In this document: one piece after another, positions 48,583 through 57,145 of the stretch | Position numbering within the stretch: the stretch's first letter is position 1 | How the letters are laid out: every line of letters starts with the position of its first letter | Assembly: GCA_027623195.1 (NCBI GenBank) | Contig: JAQBUT010000013.1 | Span: 1 to 64,000, forward strand | Direction: 5' to 3' | Source: Chloroflexota bacterium | GTDB lineage: Bacteria; Chloroflexota; Dehalococcoidia; Lucifugimonadales; JADFKI01 | Length of the DNA stretch: 64,000 nt | Translations under genes and position numbers: made by a program | The notes under the pieces: model-generated | Told to the model about the DNA's origin: nothing | Database searches by the model: none | What the model saw: only the letters and a program-made list of their open reading frames with translations

Positions 48583-48680
48583 GGGGGCGAATGCGCTCCG
48601 GTGGGTACCACGGACTTCAAATCCGATGGTCCGGGCCCTGCGGTTCGGACGGTGGGTTCGACTCCCTCTCGCTCCCGCCA
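48583..48680 (+). tRNA. selC: tRNA-Sec (anticodon UCA)
   Basis: 8-bp acceptor GGGGGCGA/TCGCTCCC + G-CCA, D-loop CGGT, anticodon loop CTTCAAA (TCA 48617-48619), long variable arm GTCCGGGCC/GGTTCGGAC, TTCGACT loop. Confidence 0.95.
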
Positions 48681-49035
48681 ATAAGCCATGGTTACAGTGC
48701 GCCGTAAGCTTGTTGGATTCGTCTTCGGGCGAACACCTTCAGTAAGTGGCCCTGTCGTCTGCTACTACTTCTAGCAACGTCAGGAAGGTGGCAAGGTTTC
48801 TTAACTGCGGTCGCACCTGGAACATCCCATCCACCACTCCATCGTCATGGCGCACTAAGTTAGGTAACTCACCCCTCACGACTCCTACCCTCCTTCGTGT
48901 TTGCTCCGAAATCTCGGACGGTTGCCGCTGTTCTTTGCAAGCCGCGCTCTATTGTTACAATGTGCCTCTCCATGGCGTATATAGGCGTATGTAAGGTTGG
49001 ATTAACGGACGAGATGTAGTTTCTGAGGTAAAGCC

Positions 49036-49695
49036 ATGGAGAACGCTGTGGAGAAGCCAAAGCGAGCGCGGCATCATACCGGACCGCCACCTGGGCAGGT
49101 CTGGCGAACGGAAATGAAGACTGGACATCCTAGGGCCCTTCTTACCACCGTGCAGGGGACATTAGAAGATGAAGGCTTTGCGGTGCCCGATGGCCCCGTA
49201 TACTCCGACGAGGCGGCGCCTATTCGGGACACAAGTTACTTCACAGGAACCGTTACGGGTATCATCGACAATAGAGTAATCAGATGGTGGATGGTTGCCG
49301 TTTCGATATTCCTGATTCCTGTGCTTATAGGAATTTGGCTACTGATAAGAGAATTTCGCTGGGAACGGACGAAAATTGAGCTTTCAGTAGAAGGCGAGAC
49401 TTACTGGGCCGGTGCCACTGGCGAAGAAAGGTCTGAACAGTTCAGGAGCGAAATGGAAAGATCAGGGGTCGTGAGCGATGTCAGGTGCAGGTTGACTATG
49501 CAGGTAGGCTACGCCATGGAAGAGGATGGCGTGAGGCAAAGCCTCAAGGGCAGGGCATGGCACCCCGAAGAGCTAAGTCGTAACTTGGTAACGGCTATAC
49601 AGAATCGGGTACCCAATCTTGTTCTGGAATCTCCTAATTCAACTCCTCAATTTATTGAAGCTGCAAATTCGTTGCCTCAGCTAGGTAGCGGTTGA
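49036..49695 (+). CDS. Hypothetical single-pass membrane protein
   Basis: 219-aa ORF with SD GAGG and one central TM (WWMVAVSIFLIPVLIGIWLLI). Confidence 0.65.
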   Translation: MENAVEKPKRARHHTGPPPGQVWRTEMKTGHPRALLTTVQGTLEDEGFAVPDGPVYSDEAAPIRDTSYFTGTVTGIIDNRVIRWWMVAVSIFLIPVLIGIWLLIREFRWERTKIELSVEGETYWAGATGEERSEQFRSEMERSGVVSDVRCRLTMQVGYAMEEDGVRQSLKGRAWHPEELSRNLVTAIQNRVPNLVLESPNSTPQFIEAANSLPQLGSG

Positions 49696-49833
49696 GATTC
49701 TATTCCGACGATCGCCATGGCACTCCCGAAAGATAAGCTCTGACGCACAATGCCGCTTTCCAATCCGGGCTTGAAAATGCAAATGTCTCGTTAATAAACC
49801 CTCTTTTTAGGCCCCATATTTCGGATAATCAAT

Positions 49834-49857
49834 CCGACATATGACCCGACATATGAC
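49834..49857. repeat. Perfect 12-bp tandem direct repeat
   Basis: CCGACATATGAC x2 upstream of the SDR gene. Confidence 0.85.
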
Positions 49858-49889
49858 TGACGAGACGAAGCTATTTGATATGACGGTAC

Positions 49890-50675
49890 TTGGAGATCGA
49901 TTTGAGACTTGAAAACAAGGTTGCGCTGATCACCGGCGCGGCGTCTGGAATGGGCCGTGCTGCGGCGGAGTTATTTGCTGCCGAGGGCGCCAAGGTAGTC
50001 ATGCTAGGCCGACGTCAGGCGCAGGGCGAGGAAGTTGCCGGAGTGATTACTGCCAACGGCGGGGACGCTATCTTCGTTCGCGCGGATATCTCAGTGGAAG
50101 ATGACGTGCGCCGGGCCGTGGAAGCGGCTGTAGGCAAATACGGCAAGCTGGACGTTCTTTTTAACAACGCTGGGATCAATAAGACTGCCCAGGGACGGCC
50201 CGACGAAGAGCCCACCGATAGCTGGGACCAGATTATGGGAGTGAACCTTCGCGGGGCTTACTTCTGTATCAAAAACGCAGTGCCGGAGATGCGGAAGGCA
50301 GGCGGCGGGTCAATCATCAACAACTCGTCGGTGCTGGATAGCCAGGCAGATGACAACTCGGCAGCCTCGTACCACGCCTCAAAGGGGGGACTCACCGCTT
50401 TGACGTTGAAATGCGCAGTCGTCTACGCCGAGGACAACATCAGGGCCAACTGCATTCAGCCAGGAGCCATTGCGACGGAGATGTCCAGAATTACCTGGGA
50501 CAACCTTGACGATCCGGATCTGATAGAACGGCGAAGCAAGGCCCAGCCCTTGAAAAGAATGGGACACCCCATGGATGTCGCCTATGCGGCCCTCTATTTT
50601 GCTTCTGACGAATCGGCCTTCGTTACGGGCGCCACCCTGCTGGTGGACGGCGGGCAGAGCGCGTCTTACAGGTAG
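49890..50675 (+). CDS. Short-chain dehydrogenase/reductase
   Basis: TGAASGMG, NNAG, YHASK, PGAIAT, VDGG. Confidence 0.93.
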   Translation: MEIDLRLENKVALITGAASGMGRAAAELFAAEGAKVVMLGRRQAQGEEVAGVITANGGDAIFVRADISVEDDVRRAVEAAVGKYGKLDVLFNNAGINKTAQGRPDEEPTDSWDQIMGVNLRGAYFCIKNAVPEMRKAGGGSIINNSSVLDSQADDNSAASYHASKGGLTALTLKCAVVYAEDNIRANCIQPGAIATEMSRITWDNLDDPDLIERRSKAQPLKRMGHPMDVAYAALYFASDESAFVTGATLLVDGGQSASYR

Positions 50676-50684
50676 GAAACACAC

Positions 50685-50721
50685 AAAAAAAATGAACGCC
50701 GTTCAAACGGCGTTCATTTTT
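50685..50721. terminator. Bidirectional intrinsic terminator
   Basis: A-run + TGAACGCCGTT/AACGGCGTTCA + T-run between convergent genes. Confidence 0.9.
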
Positions 50722-50760
50722 GTACCCTTTAGGTCAGAACCTCTTGATTGGCCCCTTGTG

Positions 50761-51012
50761 TTAGATGACCTGCTTCACGACCACTGCTGCGTTTACGGAT
50801 AAGGTGATCAGGGCCGCGGTAACCAACGAGCCAGCGAACGTGTACAGGAAGAAGGCGCTGGCATCCAACACAGCCGATGCTCTGCGCTTCGGCAAGTAGA
50901 TGGCCGCGTGAAGAAACAGAGGCCGCGCGAGGTTCTGGGCCACTAGGACCAAAACCCAAGATATTGCGAAAACTGCTGCCAAGCCAAGGGTTACCTCTAG
51001 AATTAACATCAC
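50761..51012 (-). CDS. Small two-TM hypothetical protein
   Basis: SD AAGGAGG before GTG; two hydrophobic helices. Confidence 0.7.
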   Translation of the reverse strand: MMLILEVTLGLAAVFAISWVLVLVAQNLARPLFLHAAIYLPKRRASAVLDASAFFLYTFAGSLVTAALITLSVNAAVVVKQVI

Positions 51013-51328
51013 CTGCCTCCTTTGTCTTATATATATTTTGGCTCCGCCAGAATTACAGGAGTGTTACGGCGTGCAGGCAGTTTTTTGACTTTTGCCTATA
51101 CCAAATTTGAAGGCTAGGGATTTCCGTGTTCTAGATTGCCCCCGCATTGGATTCATAGGCATGGAACCTTCGTCCAAAAGCGTAATCGGAAAAATGGTAC
51201 CGGGACGATAGGACGGAAGCGGCCAGTTCCGTCATCCAGGACACCAGGAAATTCGGCCCATACGGATGCTACGCCGTTTATCAGGGGCGACGGGGCGTTT
51301 ACCTTTAATACGCGAGCGCATGGTGTGA

Positions 51329-52768
51329 ATGGAAAATGGGGTAACGATAGAATTGATTTTGAGTTCGGCTATCTGGTGTAAGGCACGAAGCTTCGCAGTT
51401 TGGGTAGCGATATCAGCGATGGGTATTCTTGTCGTAACCGCGTGCGCGCTGCCAGGAGCTGGTTCTGGGCGAGGCAACGATGTGTTTGCGGCCCCGGCGG
51501 TCGCCCCGGCACAAGTCACCAAGTCAAATGACAGCTTCACTCTTAAGGAAGTTCAAAGATTCCTGGACCCGTCCGGCTCTGCTTTGCTCCAGGAGCCTTT
51601 ACCTCGGTCTGGCGTCTTGCCATCTAATCCTGGGACTTTGGGGACGAAATTGTGGCTTCTGGCGCCAACGCCTACGTTTACCGCCGTGACTCAACCATTG
51701 CCGACGCCCCCAGCAGGTGAGCCTACGCCACCTATGCCATCACCAACCCCGGTGTGGACGCCAACCCCTGGAGTCGCGGCAACCCATACCCCGACGGCCG
51801 TGCCAATTCAGCATTCGCCCACAAGTACTCCTTCGCCGGAGAGTTCGCCAACGACCACCCCAACCGCAACATCGACACCGATGCCGGTAGAGTTCGTTAA
51901 GGCGCTTTCGATGGGCCAGTTGGTTTTCGGGGTGGATATATCGCCAGATGGGACCAAGCTGGCAGTAGCCTTAGGAAACAACAGGATAGAGGTGATGGAT
52001 GTTGAGTTGGGGACCTCTGCGGATCGTTTAAGAGAACACAACGACGCCGTCAATGACGTGGAGTATTCCCCCGACGGCATTCGCATGGTCTCGGCCTCGG
52101 ATGACGAAAATGCCATACTGTGGATTCATTATGACCAGTGGGAGATTGACCGTGAGCTGGAGGATCACAGTGACCCTGTGAATGCCGCAACATTCTCTCC
52201 CGACGGCACAATAATAGCCACGGCGTCTAAGGACCAGGGCGTAGCTTTATGGTCTGTGGAAACAGGGAAACGTCTGTTGAGTATCAAAGGGCATAGCCAG
52301 TCTGTTAACGACGTAGCCTTCTCTCCCGACGGTTTGACTTTTGCGACGGTCTCAAGTGATCGTTCAGTGAAGCTGTGGAACGTGAGTGACGGCTCGTTCG
52401 TAAGAGAGTTTGAAGGCCACCAATCGTCGGTAAATGGGGTAGCCTTTTCTCCAGACGGCGCATTACTGGCCTCGGCAAGCGATAATGAAATTCGTCTTTG
52501 GAACGTTTCTGATGCTACGACTGCGCGGGTCATCCTGGGGCATGATGACCGCATCAACGTAGTGTTGTTTACGCCAGACGGCGCGACTCTGATCTCAGGG
52601 TCGGATGACAACACCGTGAGGCTTTGGCAGGTCAGCGACGGGCTGCCCATCCAGACGCTTTCGCAACACACCAGCGCCATAAAGGGCCTCAGCATCACCG
52701 ATGACGGCAAGACGTTTGTTGTCGGTTCCCGGGATATGTCTGTTAGTGTCTGGAGATTTAGGGACTAG
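51329..52768 (+). CDS. WD40-repeat lipoprotein with Pro/Thr-rich stalk (start uncertain)
   Basis: Lipobox VVTAC, PT-rich region, about 7 GH..V..VAFSPDG..ASxSxD..V.LW repeats. Confidence 0.88.
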   Translation: MENGVTIELILSSAIWCKARSFAVWVAISAMGILVVTACALPGAGSGRGNDVFAAPAVAPAQVTKSNDSFTLKEVQRFLDPSGSALLQEPLPRSGVLPSNPGTLGTKLWLLAPTPTFTAVTQPLPTPPAGEPTPPMPSPTPVWTPTPGVAATHTPTAVPIQHSPTSTPSPESSPTTTPTATSTPMPVEFVKALSMGQLVFGVDISPDGTKLAVALGNNRIEVMDVELGTSADRLREHNDAVNDVEYSPDGIRMVSASDDENAILWIHYDQWEIDRELEDHSDPVNAATFSPDGTIIATASKDQGVALWSVETGKRLLSIKGHSQSVNDVAFSPDGLTFATVSSDRSVKLWNVSDGSFVREFEGHQSSVNGVAFSPDGALLASASDNEIRLWNVSDATTARVILGHDDRINVVLFTPDGATLISGSDDNTVRLWQVSDGLPIQTLSQHTSAIKGLSITDDGKTFVVGSRDMSVSVWRFRD

Positions 52769-52783
52769 GCAGACGGCTGCAGC

Positions 52784-53401
52784 CTAGCCTAAGGCCAGAG
52801 ACGCCAAAATCGCCACGGCAAACCAACCCACAAATACCCACGCCACTGCCTTGTTGGGCCAGGGAATCCTCCTGAGCCAAGGCAAATCCCTCTGCCGAAG
52901 CGTGATCGCCAGCGCCGTCAAGGGAAGAAAAACAAGCGTCTCCCGAACGATAACTAAGACGTTGGACAGGCTCAACAGCGTTTCGATCCGGTACCCTCCA
53001 CTGGGCAATAATGCTATGGGGGCCTGGAGGCGTATGTCAGCCCAGGGCCACAACAGGCTGATGCTTCCCTTGTCACTTGAATCCACCATCATGGAGTCCA
53101 ATACCAGGTGCGAGAAGTAAACAAGGAATAACATTGCGGCTGTGTGCATAGGACGGGGTACTTTGAACATGGCCAGCGCCAATAGCGAAACGAGGCCAAA
53201 TGCCAGCGCCACCGTCAGGCTGTGAGAGGCTCCGCGGTGAAACGCCCAGATGTTACCGACGAATAGGCCTCCTACCAGGTCTAAGTCCGCCAGCACGGCC
53301 ACAACCGCCAGGACGACGCCCTGTTTTCTCTCTCGACTAGACCCGGCCATGCTCTGCGTTATAGCCAGGCCCACCAGATAGTGCCCAACAGGTGTAGCCA
53401 A
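52784..53401 (-). CDS. Membrane-bound metal-dependent hydrolase (YdjM-like)
   Basis: TPVGH, ADLD, HRGASHS, SHLVLD, LLWPW. Confidence 0.85.
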   Translation of the reverse strand: MATPVGHYLVGLAITQSMAGSSRERKQGVVLAVVAVLADLDLVGGLFVGNIWAFHRGASHSLTVALAFGLVSLLALAMFKVPRPMHTAAMLFLVYFSHLVLDSMMVDSSDKGSISLLWPWADIRLQAPIALLPSGGYRIETLLSLSNVLVIVRETLVFLPLTALAITLRQRDLPWLRRIPWPNKAVAWVFVGWFAVAILASLALG

Positions 53402-53666
53402 CCTTCCCCCCTTGTTACCTGTGCATCACATTAACCGCTACTGGCCACAATGAGCCGAGCAGCCTTGATCACATTATAAGAGTTGTCCGAATTTCAAGGC
53501 TACCAAAACTGGAATAGTCTTAGACAAGTTTGATTCCCAACATGCGACTGGCGACCGAAATGCAAGAAGTAAATGAGAAAAGTAAAAAAATAAAGTCTGC
53601 TTAAATGGCAAAAGGTCATTCGGAGCGGCTACAACGCACTTACGCCATTTCGATGGAGCCTTGTAA

Positions 53667-54476
53667 CTAGATGATGCTGGGACTGTCGTCGCGTGGCGTC
53701 CAGTCTTCCCCTGCGCCGTCCTGAGGCTGGTAACCAAGCACGTTCCCTGTGGTCTCTATATCCCATATGCTGAGAGCGTTGTCCGACTCTCCATTTACTA
53801 CTGTGAACCCTACCGACGACGGGGCGTCGATGCTTTTCTGTATGAGCTGTGCGGCATCGCGATGACTGAGCCATAGGGATAGCGATGGCGGTGAGAAAGT
53901 TGGATCGTCCGGCGTCATCACCCAGCCGATACGAAGGCAGATCACAGACAGGCCGTGGGCGTCATGAAAGTAGCTGCCCAACGCCTCTCCGAAGGCCTTG
54001 CTAACGCCGTAATAGCTGTCCGGACGGATTAGTTCCGTTGTGAGAGCAGGGAAAGGCCGTCGTATTTCGCTAAGCCTACCGTCGTATGCAGCCTTGTACG
54101 GGTCCTGCTTGAGAGGGTAGTAGCCAACGACGTGGTTGCTGCTGGCGAACACAACGCGCTTCACCCCGGCGTCTCTGGCTGCTTCGAAAACGTTTCTGGT
54201 CCCGATTATGTTGTTATCCAGAATGGATTCCCAGGGGCCACGAGGGCTTGGGTCAGCGCCAAGGTGCACTACTACATCCACACCTTCAAAGGCTGGGCGT
54301 ATGCCGTCGTAGTTGGAGATGTCGGCAACTGTGCTGGGCACGTCGTCCACTTGCACTCTATCCAGGCCGCTCAGCGCGTATCGATCACCCAGTTGCCTCC
54401 GAATGATGCCACCTATCTGGCCCGCCATGCCCGTGACCAGGACTCGCTTCTTGTCAGCCAAGACGTTCTCCTTCAA
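53667..54476 (-). CDS. NAD-dependent epimerase/dehydratase (uronate dehydrogenase-like)
   Basis: TGMAGQIG, FASSNHVVG, RPDSYYGVSKAFGE, LRIG, WLSHRD. Confidence 0.88.
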   Translation of the reverse strand: MKENVLADKKRVLVTGMAGQIGGIIRRQLGDRYALSGLDRVQVDDVPSTVADISNYDGIRPAFEGVDVVVHLGADPSPRGPWESILDNNIIGTRNVFEAARDAGVKRVVFASSNHVVGYYPLKQDPYKAAYDGRLSEIRRPFPALTTELIRPDSYYGVSKAFGEALGSYFHDAHGLSVICLRIGWVMTPDDPTFSPPSLSLWLSHRDAAQLIQKSIDAPSSVGFTVVNGESDNALSIWDIETTGNVLGYQPQDGAGEDWTPRDDSPSII

Positions 54477-54566
54477 ATGTTTCTAATTGCTTTCATCTGC
54501 CCACGAGGCATTGCAAGCGGGCGGATAGCAATTATATAGCAGACTTGCGGCCTTAAATGTTTTGCG

Positions 54567-55877
54567 TCATTCGGGCGTAGCGCTCCTGGAAGGAGGCCTG
54601 GCTACCATAATGAGACCAGTCCCCAAAAGCGACAGCAGGAAGAATGCCGTGAACGCCCTGGAGTAGCTTAGAGTCAGGTCGAAGGCCAGCGCAGCTATGA
54701 GAGGTCCCAGTGCGAATCCGGCAACCTGAACGGCCCTGCTCACGCCGAATATCGTTCCTATTCGTCGCCGGCCGTAGTAGTTCGCCAGCATCAATGTGCC
54801 CAGAGTCCTTATGCCGCCCTCCGTGAATCCTTGTAGTGCGGCGTACAGATACGCCATGGCCGGAGTATCTGTTCTCAGCAGCAGCAGCAGGGTGCCGGCC
54901 CGGAGGGCGTAGTTAAGCGCCAGAAGGTATCTGGTGGAGTATCTGTCGGCAACCAAGGCCCACACCAGGTTGCTAATACCCGACGCCAGGAAACCTATGC
55001 TGACTGCCCCGACTGCTAAGGTCGCCGACAGCCCTTGCTGTACCAGGAAAGGCACCAGGTGAAGCCCGACGCCCGAGCTAGCGATCCCTACAGCGAATGT
55101 GGATACGAGAATGAGGGCCAACGCGGGGTGCCGCACGGCTTCCTTAAGTGTCCAATGCTCCTCATCGGCAATGGCGCTTCCTGAGGGCTGGGTCGGGCTA
55201 TCGCCGCTTCGAATGGGCAGCGGCAGGTCTCCGTCTATGGCCAGGCCCATGTCCTCAGGCTGACGCCTTACCAGAATTGCAGTGGGTATTACGCCAAATA
55301 CCACCATGACTCCGGCCAGAATTAGCCAGGCAGCCCTCCAATGTATATTGTCCATTGTTAGCTGCACTACCAGCGGCAATATTACTCCGCCAACGGACGT
55401 AACGAAAAATAGGGTTGCCAGCGCTCGTCCTCGAAGTCGAAGAAACCATTTGGCAATGGCTGGCGCCGACGGAGGCTGAATGAATCCCTGGTCGGCCAAC
55501 CTTGCCAAGCCGAAAGCCAGGTAAAACCATAACAACGTCTGCATCGCCGCCAAATTCACCATGGCAACCACCACCATCAGGCCCCCGATTACCAGTGGTA
55601 TGCGGGCTCCAAAGCTATCAGTCAAACGCCCAGTCAGAAGGGCGGTGGCTGCGCCAAGGAGGGCTCCGAGACTGGTGGCGCCGGCTATCTCGGTACGGGA
55701 CCAACCGAACTCGTCGGCAAAAGGCAGAATGAAAACGGTGAGCACGCCTATGGTGGTTGCGCCGTTGGCAAAATTAATGCCGGACACGGCCGTCAAAACG
55801 TGCCAGCCGGGGTAAACGTTACGTCGCGGATGCATTCTCATATAATCGACTGTGGCCTGCGTATATGCAACGGCCAT
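54567..55877 (-). CDS. MFS transporter (OFA-like)
   Basis: GWSR, GRLTDSFGAR, KWF...RGRA, about 12 TM. Confidence 0.9.
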   Translation of the reverse strand: MAVAYTQATVDYMRMHPRRNVYPGWHVLTAVSGINFANGATTIGVLTVFILPFADEFGWSRTEIAGATSLGALLGAATALLTGRLTDSFGARIPLVIGGLMVVVAMVNLAAMQTLLWFYLAFGLARLADQGFIQPPSAPAIAKWFLRLRGRALATLFFVTSVGGVILPLVVQLTMDNIHWRAAWLILAGVMVVFGVIPTAILVRRQPEDMGLAIDGDLPLPIRSGDSPTQPSGSAIADEEHWTLKEAVRHPALALILVSTFAVGIASSGVGLHLVPFLVQQGLSATLAVGAVSIGFLASGISNLVWALVADRYSTRYLLALNYALRAGTLLLLLRTDTPAMAYLYAALQGFTEGGIRTLGTLMLANYYGRRRIGTIFGVSRAVQVAGFALGPLIAALAFDLTLSYSRAFTAFFLLSLLGTGLIMVARPPSRSATPE

Positions 55878-55888
55878 TTGAGGTTGAA

Positions 55889-55917
55889 TTGACGTTGGAT
55901 TTGGCCGCTGCTACACT
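55889..55917 (+). promoter_or_regulatory. Sigma70-like promoter
   Basis: TTGACG-17 nt-TACACT upstream of the ABM gene. Confidence 0.55.
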
Positions 55918-56021
55918 CGCGCAGCGAAAGTATTAGTTAACGATATGGCGGCTTCCGTTTACGAAGTTGCGGTTATATTCGTAGACTCAGATTTTAGATA
56001 TTTCAGAAACGGGGAGGGGAC

Positions 56022-56306
56022 ATGATTGGTGTATTAACTCACCATTGGGCCAAACAGGACAAAATTCAAGAGGCCAAAGACCTGCTGGACGGCAACGGCG
56101 AAGCCCAGAGCCGCGCTCCGGGATTTATTGGCCGGGAGACTTACTACTCTCTTAGCGACCCAACCAAGATTACAACGATGGTTAAGTGGGAGAGTAACGA
56201 GATATATGACCAGTGGAGGGCTAGTCCTGAGCGCGCGACCGCTATGTCTGGAGCAGATGCCCTCTGGTCCAAGGGCGCGGAATCTGAGCGATTTGAAGCG
56301 GTTTAG
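56022..56306 (+). CDS. Antibiotic biosynthesis monooxygenase (ABM)-like protein
   Basis: APGFIG..KWES..W..SPE; SD GGAGG. Confidence 0.8.
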   Translation: MIGVLTHHWAKQDKIQEAKDLLDGNGEAQSRAPGFIGRETYYSLSDPTKITTMVKWESNEIYDQWRASPERATAMSGADALWSKGAESERFEAV

Positions 56307-56365
56307 CCGATCGTAAATTTACGTGAAGGTCCCTCTCTCGTGAAAATGCGAGGGGCGGGCCTTTG

Positions 56366-57004
56366 CTATTGGTGCCTGGCGATATTGGGCCACTCTCTGC
56401 GCCAGCCACCCAGGCGCTCTATCATGGCTTCCTGCTCGATCATATGTATGATCTCCGCATACTTTAGGCCGCGAGAGGAAGAGTCCGATTTGGCGAGGCC
56501 CTCGTGCAGAAGTAGGGCATTTACCATGAGGTCACCGACGAAAACGTAGCGAAGGTGTCGGCCCATTCGGTCTACTTCTAATACGTCCTGTTCCAACAAG
56601 ACCCTTCTGCCTTCTACGATTTCGCGATTGCGTTCCAAGGCCTCCACAGCGAAAGGCTCTGCACCAGACACCGGGCGCTTTAAATCGGGAGCGTCGATGC
56701 CGATGTAGCCCACCGTCATAAGCTTGCCGTCGACGAAAACCTCAATCGTATCTCCGTCAATTACCTTTGTCACTTCTGCTGAGGTAAGTTTCTTGGTCCG
56801 GTAAGCGCGCCCAGGTGAGTTTCTGGTAATTCGGTCCATAGCCTGAATTGTTCGCGCAGCGCCCACATCCTCAAATAAATGAGAAGCTTCGACCTCCTCC
56901 TTCTGTAACCAGGAATGCTTCGAATAGCTGGGCGCATTGTGGTAAATGCTCCAGGTGGCAACGCCGAAGAACATTACAGCGCAGAAAGCAATAACGAATC
57001 GCAT
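56366..57004 (-). CDS. Secreted thermonuclease (SNase) family protein with altered active site
   Basis: Signal peptide; VIDGDTI, GYIGIDAPD, DRMGRHLRYV, VNALLLHEGLA. Confidence 0.82.
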   Translation of the reverse strand: MRFVIAFCAVMFFGVATWSIYHNAPSYSKHSWLQKEEVEASHLFEDVGAARTIQAMDRITRNSPGRAYRTKKLTSAEVTKVIDGDTIEVFVDGKLMTVGYIGIDAPDLKRPVSGAEPFAVEALERNREIVEGRRVLLEQDVLEVDRMGRHLRYVFVGDLMVNALLLHEGLAKSDSSSRGLKYAEIIHMIEQEAMIERLGGWRREWPNIARHQ

Positions 57005-57088
57005 ACTGGGATGATTACCTAATTTTCACTGAAAAACATCGTAGTAAGCCCCTAATTTTCGTATTTCTGTATCGTTATACGGCGCTGG

Positions 57089-57117
57089 TTGACGCCTGTA
57101 TAGGCGGGGAGTATGCT
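57089..57117 (+). promoter_or_regulatory. Sigma70-like promoter of ggt
   Basis: TTGACG-17 nt-TATGCT, followed by SD AGGAGG and ATG at 57146. Confidence 0.65.
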
Positions 57118-57145
57118 AACTTCACCCATACCAGGAGGCTCAAAA

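Noticed and set aside
48739..48741. UGA-Arg-Cys (UxC) readthrough of the 46-aa ORF
   Set aside because: There is no convincing SECIS hairpin, and the extension would run antisense through the whole tRNA-Sec.
48681..49700. Possible integrative element at the tRNA-Sec 3' end
   Set aside because: No integrase and no duplicated tRNA 3' end (att site) was seen in the window.
51650..51890. Repetitive CCx/ACx DNA (also about 6100-6340)
   Set aside because: It encodes Pro/Thr linkers of lipoproteins and is not a CRISPR or VNTR array.
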